A stretch of DNA of 33,011 nucleotides from Octopus bimaculoides (GCF_001194135.2 NC_068983.1:39435499-39468509); one strand, 5' to 3'. Positions 11,700 to 23,057 are shown, counted from the first letter of the stretch. A program made the numbers and translations. Notes: a model not told the origin generated them from the letters alone.

Positions 11700-13091
11700 T
11701 ATATCGTTCTGGGTGTGTGCGTGTGTACGGCGCTTTTCCACACAGTTATCGTTTACAAAATTCGCGCATGGCATAATACAGCTTTGAGCTATTATGGATG
11801 ACATTTGTCCATGGTGTTAGGCAGTGTGATTGAAACTGAAGCTGCCTGGTTGTGAAGCAAACTTTTTGACCACGCAATCATGCTTGCACCTGTATACGTG
11901 TAGGCATACACATACAGTCATACACTTACACACACATTCACATGTATATATGTATGTGTGTATATATATATATGTATATATGTACGTATATGTATTATGT
12001 ATACACATACACACATGCGTATATACATACGCAAATATATACAAATATATATATGGATATGTATTTATATATGTATATACATACATATATATATATGTAC
12101 GTATTTATTTATTTATGTGTTTCAGCCAAGTGGCTGCGGTCATGCTGGTGCACCATATATATATATATANNNNNNNNNNNNNNNNNNNNNNNNNNNNNNN
12201 NNNNNNNNNNNNNNNNNNNNNNNNNNNNNNNNNNNNNNNNNNNNNNNNNNNNNNNNNNNNNNNNNNNNNNNNNNNNNNNNNNNNNNNNNNNNNNNNNNNN
12301 NNNNNNNNNNNNNNNNNNNNNNNNNNNNNNNNNNNNNNNNNNNNNNNNNNNNNNNNNNNNNNNNNNNNNNNNNNNNNNNNNNNNNNNNNNNNNNNNNNNN
12401 NNNNNNNNNNNNNNNNNNNNNNNNNNNNNNNNNNNNNNNNNNNNNNNNNNNNNNNNNNNNNNNNNNNNNNNNNNNNNNNNNNNNNNNNNNNNNNNNNNNN
12501 NNNNNNNNNNNNNNNNNNNNNNNNNNNNNNNNNNNNNNNNNNNNNNNNNNNNNNNNNNNNNNNNNNNNNNNNNNNNNNNNNNNNNNNNNNNNNNNNNNNN
12601 NNNNNNNNNNNNNNNNNNNNNNNNNNNNNNNNNNNNNNNNNNNNNNNNNNNNNNNNNNNNNNNNNNNNNNNNNNNNNNNNNNNNNNNNNNNNNNNNNNNN
12701 NNNNNNNNNNNNNNNNNNNNNNNNNNNNNNNNNNNNNNNNNNNNNNNNNNNNNNNNNNNNNNNNNNNNNNNNNNNNNNNNNNNNNNNNNNNNNNNNNNNN
12801 NNNNNNNNNNNNNNNNNNNNNNNNNNNNNNNNNNNNNNNNNNNNNNNNNNNNNNNNNNNNNNNNNNNNNNNNNNNNNNNNNNNNNNNNNNNNNNNNNNNN
12901 NNNNNNNNNNNNNNNNNNNNNNNNNNNNNNNNNNNNNNNNNNNNNNNNNNNNNNNNNNNNNNNNNNNNNNNNNNNNNNNNNNNNNNNNNNNNNNNNNNNN
13001 NNNNNNNNNNNNNNNNNNNNNNNNNNNNNNNNNNNNNNNNNNNNNNNNNNNNNNNNNNNNNNNNNNNNNNNNNNNNNNNNNNNNNNNNNNN

Positions 13092-13196
13092 ATTCTTTCA
13101 TTCCTTCTTTCTTTCTTTTTATTCTTTGATTCCTTCTTTCTTTCTTTTTTATTCTTTCATTCCTTCTTTCTTTCTTTTGTTTTCTTGCTTTTTTTC

Positions 13197-13244
<48 letters not shown>

Positions 13245-13733
13245 TTTGTTTGTTTCTTTTGTTTGTTTCTTTTCTTTCTTTCTTTCTTTCTTTTGCTTTC
13301 TTTCTTTTGCTTTCTTTCTTTCTTTTCTTTTTTCTTTCCTTCTTTTTTTCTTTATTTCTTTTTGCTTTCTTTCTTTTTGTTTGTTTGTTTCTTTTCTTTT
13401 CTTTCTTTTGTTTTCTTTCTTTCTTTTTGTTTGTTTCCTTTCTTTCTTTCTTTTCTTCTTCTTGTTTTATCCTTTTCTTCGTATTCTTTTGTTGTTTCTT
13501 TCTTTTTCTTGTTTTCCTTTATTCCCTGTTTTCCTTTATATTTCTTTTTTCTTTCTTTCCTTCCCCCTTTCTTCTTGTTTTTTCTTTCTTTCCTGTTTAC
13601 GCTTCATTTCTTTCTTTTATTTCACTCCCTTCTTTCTTGCTTTCTGTCTTTCTTTCTTTCTTCCTTTCTTTCTTCCTTTCTTCATTTCTTTCTTCCTTTC
13701 TTTCTTTCTTTCTTCCTTTCTTTCCTCATTTTT

Positions 13734-13769
<36 letters not shown>

Positions 13770-14033
13770 TTGTTTTCTTTCTTTCTTTCTTTCTTTCTTC
13801 TTGTTTGTTTGTTTCTTATTATTTCTTCTCGTTTTATCCTTCTCTTTGTATTCTTTTGTTTGTTTCTTTCTTTTCACTGTTTTTATTTATTGCGTTATAT
13901 TTCTTTTTTATTTTTTCCTTCCTCCTTTCTTGTTTTTCTTTCTTTCCTGTTTACGTTTCATTTCTTTCTTTTCTTCGCTCCCTTCTTTCCTACTTTCTTT
14001 CTTTCTTCCTTTCTTCCTTTCTTTCCTTCTTTT

Positions 14034-14065
<32 letters not shown>

Positions 14066-14370
14066 TTCCTTTCTTTCTTCCTTTCTTTCTTTCTTTGTTT
14101 CTTTTACCCCCCTACCAATGCTTTACTTTTCTCCCTAATTTTATCCTCGTCTTTCTTCTTTCTTACACCTATTCCGTTTTTCCATCTCGTCTTATTCCTA
14201 ATCTTCCTCTTCTGCCTTTCTTCCTCTTTTTCTTTACCCTTCCCCACCAACACTCCTTTCTCGCTCTCCTCATCCCTATCCCCTACTCCACACTCTCTCA
14301 TTCTTACACCCTTTCTCTCCCTCCTTTCTCTCTCTACTCACTTCCTCCTCTCTCCCTTTCCCATTCTCTG
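13092..14370. repeat. ~1.3-kb polypyrimidine (TTTC)n-based tract next to gap 12170-13091
   Basis: Plus strand is almost exclusively T/C. The long F/L/S ORFs are artefacts of this composition. Confidence 0.95.
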
Positions 14371-14828
14371 TTATTTCATATTTATTATGTATAGAATAGA
14401 AGTACTTTTACGTAAAACTTAACATACATCTGAGACTCGAAATAAGCTTAAAAGAACTTAAAACCCAGCAATTGTGATTCGTCGCAGCACCATAAAATAT
14501 GTAAATCAGTACTCTATATACAGAACAACTGGTTATCAGAGAATTCAGAATAGCAGAGAGCAGCATAAAATATACAGCAGAGTGGATAATTTCGTGTCTT
14601 AATTACATCAGACGCCATTACAGTTTCAAGAGGTTTCGAGAGTGAATGCAGTTGAGTGGATGTGATTTATCGGGGTATGCGATCAAATTTTCTCACCTTT
14701 CACTGGAAATACCCACCACCTGCTAGCTATGAAAAGAAGGCAACAACAACAACAACAACAACAAAAACAGCAGCAGCAACAACAACAAACAACAACATCA
14801 CCGTAACAACAACAACAATAATAATAGA

Positions 14829-15045
14829 TGCCTGGTATTTAGGCACAAGGCCGGTAATTTTTAGAGGCGAGGTTAGTCTATGACATCGACTCAGTACTAT
14901 ACTGGTATTTTGTTTTATCGACCCCTGAGTGGGGTGAAAGCAATCTTGACCGTAGCGGGATTTGAACACGGAACGGGAAAAGCTGGTAGAAACACTGCAA
15001 AATAGTTTTCCTGTCACTATTAAGATGCTGTAAATCGACCGCCAT
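14829..15045 (-). mobile_element. SINE family B (diverged)
   Basis: AGGCACAAGGCCGGTAATTTT...GTCTATGACATCGACTCAGT...TTTTATCGACCCC...GGATTTGAAC; flanked by (AAC/AAT)n. Confidence 0.8.
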
Positions 15046-15055
15046 TATAATAATA

Positions 15056-15250
15056 ATGCTTCATGTTTTAGTAAAGGATACTAATTTCGGAGAGAGGAGT
15101 TTAGTTGGCATCGTTAACCCCCGTATTTAACTGGTATTAATTTTATCAATCCCAAGAGGATGAGAAGCATCGTTGACCTTAGTGGAATTTGAACTTAGAA
15201 GGTCGTCGTCTTTGATGGTAAAGACGGACGAAATGATTCTGTTTTCCGGA
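15056..15250 (-). mobile_element. SINE family B (diverged), tandem to the previous copy
   Basis: CATCGTTAACCCCCGTATTTAACTGGTATTAATTTTATCAATCCCAAGAGGATGAG..GTTGACCTTAGTGGAATTTGAACTTAGAA. Confidence 0.8.
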
Positions 15251-15289
15251 CACGTACACACGTATATAAATACATGGAAACATGCACAC

Positions 15290-15356
<67 letters not shown>

Positions 15357-15440
15357 NNNNNNNNNNNNNNNNNNNNNNNNNNNNNNNNNNNNNNNNNNNN
15401 NNNNNNNNNNNNNNNNNNNNNNNNNNNNNNNNNNNNNNNN

Positions 15441-15480
<40 letters not shown>

Positions 15481-15935
15481 GTACACACGCACACACACAC
15501 ACACAAAAGTATGCAACAGTTTCTGTTAAGTTTCCACCATATTTCACTAATGAAGTTCAAGTCAAGATATTTCTACAATAGCTGAAATACTTGCCCAAGA
15601 TAGTGATATCATGTACAAGTATTTTTTCATCACGGTTTGAACTCGTACTAACGTGGTTGTGAAGCAGACTTCAAAAGAAAACAGCTAAGCTGCGTCCGTT
15701 ATTTTAGGTGTAAATACAATAGTTATAAACTTCATGACTTTGACTGCTACACTGGGTAGACATCTACCACATTTTCTCAGCATTTGACTACGCATAATAA
15801 AAGCAGATGGAACAATACGAATGAGATAATACAAATATCTGATACAGAATATCATTGAAGCTAAACGACTGCAAAATATAACACAAAGTACATACATATA
15901 GCTTATTTTAGTTCCAAATTATTGCCAGTCATTAC

Positions 15936-15950
15936 CTTAAAACCATGTTG
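15936..15950 (-). CDS. Candidate 15-nt microexon CAACATGGTTTTAAG (QHGFK if phase 0)
   Basis: Strong acceptor ttttgtttttgtttttattttccag| and donor AAG|gtaatg; length is a multiple of 3. Confidence 0.25.
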
Positions 15951-16404
15951 CTGGAAAATAAAAACAAAAACAAAAATCCACTGACGTTAATGGACAGAAA
16001 ATTTAAAATTCAGTGATAGCAAAGAATAAGCGGAGAAAATAGTGTTTGTATACTTCGTGACTATAATAGAAAACACCAATAACAATCCCTATTACAGTTC
16101 TTACACCGGAAGATATCCAGAAAGTCTCGAAACTTTTACAGAGCTAAGGAATGTTTTATTCCAAACAACAGAGTTTAGTGAACGAATAAGTCAATGTAAG
16201 AATTCTTAAACAGAAAAATAAAGAAAAATAAATGTTAAAGTCAAAGCGTAGAAGTGTTTACAAAGAAATTGAGAACTGTCTCCAACGCACACACAGACGC
16301 ACGCGCGCACGCAGTCACGCACGAACACACACACATAATGTATATACATATATAGTTGTATATATAAATACATATATTTATATATATTTATATATACATA
16401 CATA

Positions 16405-16562
16405 GGCGCAGGAGTGGTTGTGTGGTAAGAAGCTTCCGACCACATGGTTCCGGGTTCAGTCCCACTGAATGGCAACTTGGGCAAGTGTCTTCTATTATAG
16501 CCTCGGGCCGACCAAAGCCTTGTGAATAGATCTGGTAGACCGGAAATTGAAAGAAACCCGTC

Positions 16563-16594
<32 letters not shown>

Positions 16595-16804
16595 TTCTGT
16601 ATCTGTGTTTGTCGTCCACCATCGCATGACAACCGATGCTGGAGTGTTTACGTCCCCGTAATCTAGCGGTTCGGCAAAAGAGACCGATAGAATAAGTACT
16701 AGGCTTACAAAGAATAAGTACTGGGGTCGATTTGTTCGACTAAAGGCGGTGCTCCAGCATGGCCGCTGTCAAACGACTGAAACAAGTAAAAAGAATAAAA
16801 GAAT
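16405..16804 (+). mobile_element. SINE family A, full-length (tRNA-like head, CORE-like TTGGGCAAGTG, internal (TA)n, 3' module, AAAGAAT tail)
   Basis: GGCGCAGGAGTGGTTGTGTGGTAAG...GGGTTCAGTCCC...TTGGGCAAGTGTCTTCT...ACTGAAACAAGTAAAAAGAATAAAAGAATA. At least 9 homologous pieces occur in the window. Confidence 0.92.
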
Positions 16805-17027
16805 ACATAGATATACGCACATAAACACACACGCAGATACACACACACACGGCCGTGCATACACTCGCAGACACACAAACCTGTGTTCATAAACACACTC
16901 ATAATTATATATACATAGATATACCCAGGCATAAATACATACAAATAATTTTTGCTATCATTTTATATATATTTAAAATGGAGGATCGCTCAATACTTTC
17001 CAGTAGAGTAACAGTTACATCTTATAT

Positions 17028-17404
17028 GTGGAGGCCCAACGGCCCAGTGGTAATGGCAGCGGACTCACGGTCGTGGGATCGCGGTTTCGATTCCCAGACC
17101 GGGCGTTGTGAGTGTTTATTGAGCGAAAACCTCTAAAGCTCCACGAGGCTCCGGCAGTGGATAGTGGCGAACCCTGCTGTATTCTTTCATCACAACTTTC
17201 TCTCACTCTTTCTTTTTGTTTCTGTTGTGCTTGTATTTCAAACTGTCGCACACTGTGTCACGCTGAATCTCCCCGAGAACTACGTTAAGGGTACACGAGT
17301 CCGTGGAGTGCTCAGCGACTTACACGTTAATTTCACGAGCAGGCTGTCCTGTTGATCAGATCAACTGGAACCCTCGTCGTCGTAACCGACGGAATGCCAC
17401 AACA
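17028..17404 (+). mobile_element. tRNA-derived SINE, window family C
   Basis: A box CGGCCCAGTGG (17040-17050), B box GGTTTCGATTCCC (17083-17095), GC-rich body, tail ...GACGGAATGCCACAAC, followed by (CCTA)n. Confidence 0.8.
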
Positions 17405-17582
17405 TCTTATTTATGCAACTAAAGGGTTTATCGTTACTTCGAATACCTACCTACCTACCTACCTACCTACCTACCTATGTACATATATACACATGGATAC
17501 ATTAAAAATTTCTCCATGTGAGGTTCTTATGGGAATTGATGCATACACTTTGGTGTATGCATCGACAGCTCAACCAACATAC

Positions 17583-17638
17583 CAACTGAATCACATATTT
17601 ACAAACACCGGGACCTCTCCACTCCAAAGGTCTTATTG
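17583..17638 (-). CDS. Candidate 56-nt exon, phase 1-0: xIRPLEWRGPGVCKYVIQL
   Basis: gtttctaacaaag|CAATAAG...CAGTTG|gtatgt. Only one frame is open; the acceptor is weak. Confidence 0.25.
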
Positions 17639-18324
17639 CTTTGTTAGAAACCGGCTTGAACTCTCTTCAGAACTTGAATAAAACTTAAAGAATACATACA
17701 TACATACATACATACACGCACACATACACACACGCAGCAAACATGTTAGAGACGGCAAAATTGCAAAAATATTTATGAAAGCTACCAAGCTACCAAACTT
17801 GTAACCTCTGGTCATAAACACTCCTGAAAAACGAAAACAAAATAAAAATGCATCCTATGCTTATGATTAAAAGGATATATGTTAACGAGATAAATCTTCA
17901 CTTCTTTGGCCATCAATTCTAGGAATTTAAATTTTAATTACGGTATAGATACTAAAACTGTATTATATAAAATATTTGTCCGTTAATGATTTTCTGAAAA
18001 TGATTTTATTGAATAAATCATTAAATATTTAATTTATGAAATAATAATCAATGATGTGTATTTGAACCTGAATGATGTTCAGTTCTGATAAGCAGTATTG
18101 TGAACAAATTTGAATACAAAAATAAAAATAAGCTAAATAGAAAATGGTAGGATTTCGTCACAGCAGTTTCGCCCCGCATCATTTTTCAATTTTGTTTTTA
18201 TATGTGCGGCGTCAGTTTATATTCGGGCATCAATTTATATCTGCCTATGCATACTACATTCGTATTCATGTATAAATCTATTGATAACTATTTCAATACA
18301 TATGTATATGGCGTCAACTATATA

Positions 18325-19524
18325 TAGGGTTGGTAACTAAGTTCCCGCGGTTAAAAATTTTTTTTTGAATTTATTGCATTTTTAAAGTTAGGAATCTATT
18401 TTTTTCGAGAATTCTATTTTTGAATCATTTAGGAATCTACTTTTATTATTTTTTTTTAGTTAATTTTAGTTAATTTTTATTTATTTTCAGATCATTAAAA
18501 TGGAATGTCAAGTTAAGAAAAACGAGCATTTTCGATGCCTCCTTATTTTTGCTTTTAATCAAGGTTCTAAGACCGCAAAAGCTGCTCACGACATTTGTGC
18601 TGTATATGGTGAGGGTGCCATAGCTGAAAGAACCGTTCGTNNNNNNNNNNAAGTTTTGCACGAAAATTCTCGTCAAACGACAAGGCAACTGGCAGAGAAA
18701 ATGGAATGCTCCCACACTGCTATAGAGAAGCATCTTCACTCGATGGGAAATGTTCAGAAGTATGGAGCATGGGTTCCGCATTCTTTAAGTGACAACAACA
18801 AAAATCAACGAACCATAATCACTGCTGGTTTGCTTGCTCGTCACCGCTCAACTCATTGACACAAACAATGATTTCTTTACCGAATCGTTACTGGCGACGA
18901 AAAATGGTGCTTGTACATCAATATGAAGCAGCGTAAGGAATGGCTTAGCCCCGGTAAACAAGCGACACTGCGCGTGAAACAAAATCTTCATCCACGTAAA
19001 AGAATGTTGTGCGTATGGTGGGACTGGGAAGCGATTATCCATTACGAATTGCTTGAACGGAACCAAACGGTCAACGCGGAACTCTATGTTGAACAGATGG
19101 AACGACTCAACACGGCAATTCAAGAGAACAGACCTAATCGTCAGCATGGAGTTCTTCTGCTGCATGACAACGCCAATATGACCAAGGAAGCCATTCAAAC
19201 GCATGGCTGGGAAGTGCAGCAACACCCACCGAACTCTCCTGATTTGGCACCAACAGATTTCCACCTCTTTCCATCTCTTTCAAAGGCTATGCGCGGAGTT
19301 TCGATGAATACAGATGCAGAATTGAGAGCTTGGTTGGATCAACTTTCGAGTCGAAATCGGGTGATTTCTACGAACGAGGTATTGAAAATCTTGTTGAGCG
19401 TTGGGAAGAAGTTGTAAACAACAAGAGTGAATACATTATTGATTAATTAGTTGTTATTTTTCTATTAAACCTGTTAAGAAATTTCGATTAAAAAAACCCG
19501 GCGGGAACTTAGTTACCAACCCAA
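18325..19524 (+). mobile_element. Mariner (Tc1/mariner, D,D34D type, mellifera-like) transposon, complete but inactive
   Basis: TIRs TAGGGTTGGTAACTAAGTTCCCGC and TTGGGTTGGTAACTAAGTTCCCGC (23/24 identical), with TA on both sides (18323-24, 19525-26) and a transposase inside. Confidence 0.95.
18500..19446 (+). pseudogene. Mariner transposase pseudogene
   Basis: Motifs WVPHSL, IVTGDEKW, HDNA and HPPNSPDLAPTD. In-frame TGA stops at 18857 and 18869, a 5-codon deletion after HDNA (29 instead of 34 residues between the Ds), a frameshift near 19342, then FYERGIENLVERWEEVVNNKSEYIID*. A 10-N gap at 18641-18650 hides part of the HTH region. Confidence 0.95.
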
Positions 19525-19573
19525 TAGAATTAATGTAAGCAGCAGTTTGCAATGTTTCACCAAAATGGAGAAT

Positions 19574-20149
19574 TATATTTGTCACTAAATGTGACTAGGA
19601 TGTTAGAAAACACTTACATTGCTAGAAATGAGAGCTGAACAGCTCTAATGCTGTAGTTAACGCACATGAATGAAAACATATACACTATTAGGGACTGCAA
19701 TTGTCCGAAAAATACCGACCGAGAATTCTTAAGACTGATGCATCACTTTCGGCAATTTCCGATGCCATCATCAGTTAAACCAGCTCGGTGTTCGGCTATT
19801 TCCGGACCTGTTTCTCTATTAGCATATATGTTTTCGTCATCCAAATTAATGGATGATTTAACGATTCGCTAATGTGTATACACAAAATTAATATAAACAG
19901 CAGGTTGCAACAGAGAAACAGGACCGGAAATGGCCGAACACCGAGTTGGCTTAACTGATGATGGCAACGGAAATTGCCGAAACTGACGTGTCAGTCTTAA
20001 GAATTCTCGGTCGGTATTTTTCAGACAATTATGGTCCCTGTTAATGTTTTCATCCATGTGCGTTAATTATAGCATTAGAGCATCTTAGCCCGTATTTCTA
20101 GCAATGTAGGTGTTTTTTAACACCCTAGTCACATTTAGTGACAATTATA
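19574..20149. mobile_element. Foldback/MITE-like palindromic element, ~245-bp inverted arms around a ~90-bp spacer
   Basis: 19574-19819 is the reverse complement of 19910-20149 (e.g. TGTCACTAAATGTGACTAGG, AAAAATACCGACCGAGAATTCTTAAGACTGA), roughly 80-85% identical by eye. A second copy lies at 4401-4716. Confidence 0.9.
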
Positions 20150-20172
20150 TATCTGTATATATAAAAGGCAGG

Positions 20173-20245
<73 letters not shown>

Positions 20246-20643
20246 TGAATATAATTTATGCACGTCCACAAATTAGCACGTATGTCGCTCCAATTTTAGG
20301 AGGACATTCGTCATGACTCTAGCTGAATTTTCGTCAACTTATTTTTCCCAGAGGCACCAGCGAATAGCAGTAAAAATAAATTTCCAACCAAAACAATTTT
20401 GAAGTCGGAGAAATCACCATTGTTTACAAACAGGAGTTAAGTCCCTTTTTAGCGACGAGTAAGTTTTTGTTAAGACTTTTGTTGTTTTTTCCATCGAGGA
20501 AAAAAGTGTTTTGTTGATATACGGGCAACACACACACACACGAACATGTATGCGTACAAAAAACATGTATGCAATAGGTGTACGTACGTGTGCGTATGCG
20601 TGTGTGAGTGTGTGTTGCCCATATAGTTAAATGTTACCTTTAG

Positions 20644-21171
20644 TTAAATGCACCATAAATGTTCAATAATATTGAGATCTGGAGGCTGTGGTGGCCAGAT
20701 AAGATGTTTAACTTCACTAGAATGTTCCTCGTGCCATTCAATAACAACTTTAACTGTGTGAATTGGTGTATTATCATCCTGAAAGACTGTGTTTCTCTCC
20801 GGAAACAGTTCCGCAACAATAGGATGAATTTAATCAGATAAAATGCTTAAATAGTCTTGTCTATTAATTCTGCTACGAAGGGAAACCATTGGGCCAGCGG
20901 ATTTCCAAGATATAGCCCCCCCAGATCATCGCAGATCCTCCTCCATGTTTAACAGTTAGAAGAAGGCATCTGGGTCAAATGCTTCTTTTGGCTGTCTCCA
21001 CACGTATACTCAGTCGGTGGTCGGAAATAGGGTAAAGGATGACTCATCCAAGAAAATAAAATTCTTCCACTGCTCTAGGGACCAATTCTATAGGTTTTTA
21101 CTCAACTCTAAACACTTTGCAACGTTTGTTTGTGAAAGTAGTGGTTTTCTGATTGCAGCCCTCCCGTGAAA
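20644..21171 (-). pseudogene. Tc1-like transposase fragment with DD36E spacing
   Basis: Minus-strand translation: RAAIRKPLLS...QWKNFIFLDESSF...TVKHGGGSAMIWGAISW...FQDDNTPIHTVKVVIEWHEEHSSEVKHLIWPPQPPDLNIIEHLW, with stops and a frameshift. 36 residues lie between the catalytic D and E. The 5' part is lost in gap 21172-21537. Confidence 0.92.
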
Positions 21172-21539
21172 NNNNNNNNNNNNNNNNNNNNNNNNNNNNN
21201 NNNNNNNNNNNNNNNNNNNNNNNNNNNNNNNNNNNNNNNNNNNNNNNNNNNNNNNNNNNNNNNNNNNNNNNNNNNNNNNNNNNNNNNNNNNNNNNNNNNN
21301 NNNNNNNNNNNNNNNNNNNNNNNNNNNNNNNNNNNNNNNNNNNNNNNNNNNNNNNNNNNNNNNNNNNNNNNNNNNNNNNNNNNNNNNNNNNNNNNNNNNN
21401 NNNNNNNNNNNNNNNNNNNNNNNNNNNNNNNNNNNNNNNNNNNNNNNNNNNNNNNNNNNNNNNNNNNNNNNNNNNNNNNNNNNNNNNNNNNNNNNNNNNN
21501 NNNNNNNNNNNNNNNNNNNNNNNNNNNNNNNNNNNNNAG

Positions 21540-21945
21540 TTAAAATATATAAAAGTTACGGCAAAAATAAAATCCCTATGAGTATTTGCACGCAAAAAGC
21601 CTATAGATTTTATAAAACTACTGCTCAGGCGCAATTATCGATTTTTTTGTCAACATAATATACTGACATTAACTCACTGCCATGAACCTCGCTCACTCAT
21701 CGATTTTCATCAAAATCGGACAAAAAAATGCAAAAGGAAAAATAACATCGTTATGGGAATTTCCATTAGAACGCCCGATTGAGAGCATGAAAATCGATGC
21801 CAACTGAGCAATATCGAGTTTTCGAAAAAATCCCGGCCTTATTTAACTTCAGGGCATGTGCCAAGAATCATTAAAATCGGTTGGACAGTGTGGGAGGAGT
21901 TAGAGTAACCCCAAACACACACACAGACAGACACCATTACACATG
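21540..21945 (+). mobile_element. Possible HINE/DINE-1-like non-autonomous element, 3' part
   Basis: Perfect 13-bp inverted repeat CATCGATTTTCAT (21698-21710 / 21787-21799), then AAAATCGGTTGGACAGTGTGGGAGGAGTTAGAG followed by (CA)/(ACAG) microsatellite, which is the layout typical of these elements. Confidence 0.35.
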
Positions 21946-22002
21946 TATGTATATAGATATATTCTATGTGTGTTTGTCTTGAATTTCCCGGCGAAGACTT
22001 AC

Positions 22003-22083
22003 GGAAGGGAATGTCCACGTCTGTTGTCGGCTTGCTAGTGTCCGGCGAGTCCGATTCAGGACAAACAGACACGAGCGCTGATA
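22003..22083 (-). CDS. Candidate 81-nt exon (phase 1-1: xSALVSVCPESDSPDTSKPTTDVDIPF)
   Basis: cctatcttctcaaacag| ... TTCC|gtaagt; locally GC/CpG-rich. Two frames are open. Confidence 0.3.
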
Positions 22084-22174
22084 CTGTTTGAGAAGATAGG
22101 CTGATCAAGATTGGTAATACTGTCCTTGATTTTCGTCCTTATTCTCACCCCTACCCCACACATATACACACACT

Positions 22175-22585
22175 TGTTCAGATGCTGTGTTTGTCGTTTA
22201 GAAAATTTCATCTTTGATGATTCCATCGTTGTCCATCATGCTTCTTCCTAGAATGCTTCTACTTTTTTTTGTCATGAAATCTCCATTTAGATTTATTTTA
22301 TTTTTACGAAGGTTTTGATAAAAATCAAAGAATTGTTGCCTCTTTTCATATCACCAGAATCTTGTGATTTAACTTGAATGTCTTGTGTTTCAGGAGTTCT
22401 TGGATGTTTGTTGTTCTATTGCTTTCACTCTTTCTTCTGGCTTCATTTCATTAGTTTTGTTATTGATTCCATTAAAGAACGAGGAATCTTTTCTGTTATT
22501 TCCTATCTTCACTTGGCTGTTCCTTTTCTATATTGTGTGCTTATGGTTTGATATTTCCATACGATGGAATATCAACATTTCCTGA
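22175..22585 (-). pseudogene. Possible heavily decayed LINE endonuclease-RT linker remnant
   Basis: K/E/N-rich minus-strand peptide pieces across frameshifts and stops (KPEERVKAIEQ, PRTPETQDIQ, QFFDFYQNLRKNK, DNDGIIKDE). No diagnostic catalytic motif. Confidence 0.25.
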
Positions 22586-22594
22586 CAAAAGTAT

Positions 22595-22745
22595 ATGGCC
22601 GTCTGGTACGAAGCTCGCTTTCCAATCACATGGTTCTGGTTTCAGTCCCATTGCATTGCACCCTGGGCAAGTGTCTTCTACTATAGCCTCCGGCCGACCA
22701 AGGCCTTGTGATTGGATTTGGTTGACAGAAATTGAAAGAAGTGCG

Positions 22746-22806
<61 letters not shown>

Positions 22807-22843
22807 GTTTGCCTGCCTGTCTGTCTGTGTGCCTGCCTGCCTG

Positions 22844-22940
<97 letters not shown>

Positions 22941-23057
22941 GTGTATGTATTTGTATCTGTGTATGTTTCCTACTACCCCTTGACAACCTGTGCTGGCATG
23001 TTTACGTCCCTGTAACTTAGTGGTTCGATAAAAGACCCCGATGGCATAAATGCCAGA
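22595..23057 (+). mobile_element. SINE family A, diverged, with internal (ATCT)n/(GTCT)n
   Basis: CACATGGTTCTGGTTTCAGTCCCA...CTGGGCAAGTGTCTTCTACTATAGCCTC...TTGACAACC...TTTACGTCCCTGTAACTTAG. Confidence 0.85.

Noticed and set aside
11830-14422. Very long ORFs (854, 726, 395 and 390 aa)
   Set aside because: Made of N runs translated as X plus (TA)n and (TTTC)n low-complexity sequence; not coding.
15685-15897. 70-aa hydrophobic minus-strand ORF with a good acceptor at 15869
   Set aside because: No recognisable family; its phase conflicts with the preferred chain; AT-rich DNA readily gives hydrophobic ORFs.
16030-16209. ~59-codon open plus-strand frame (…SYTGRYPESLETFTELRNVLFQTTEFSERISQ)
   Set aside because: Weak acceptor, no homology recognised, and no compatible neighbouring exons.
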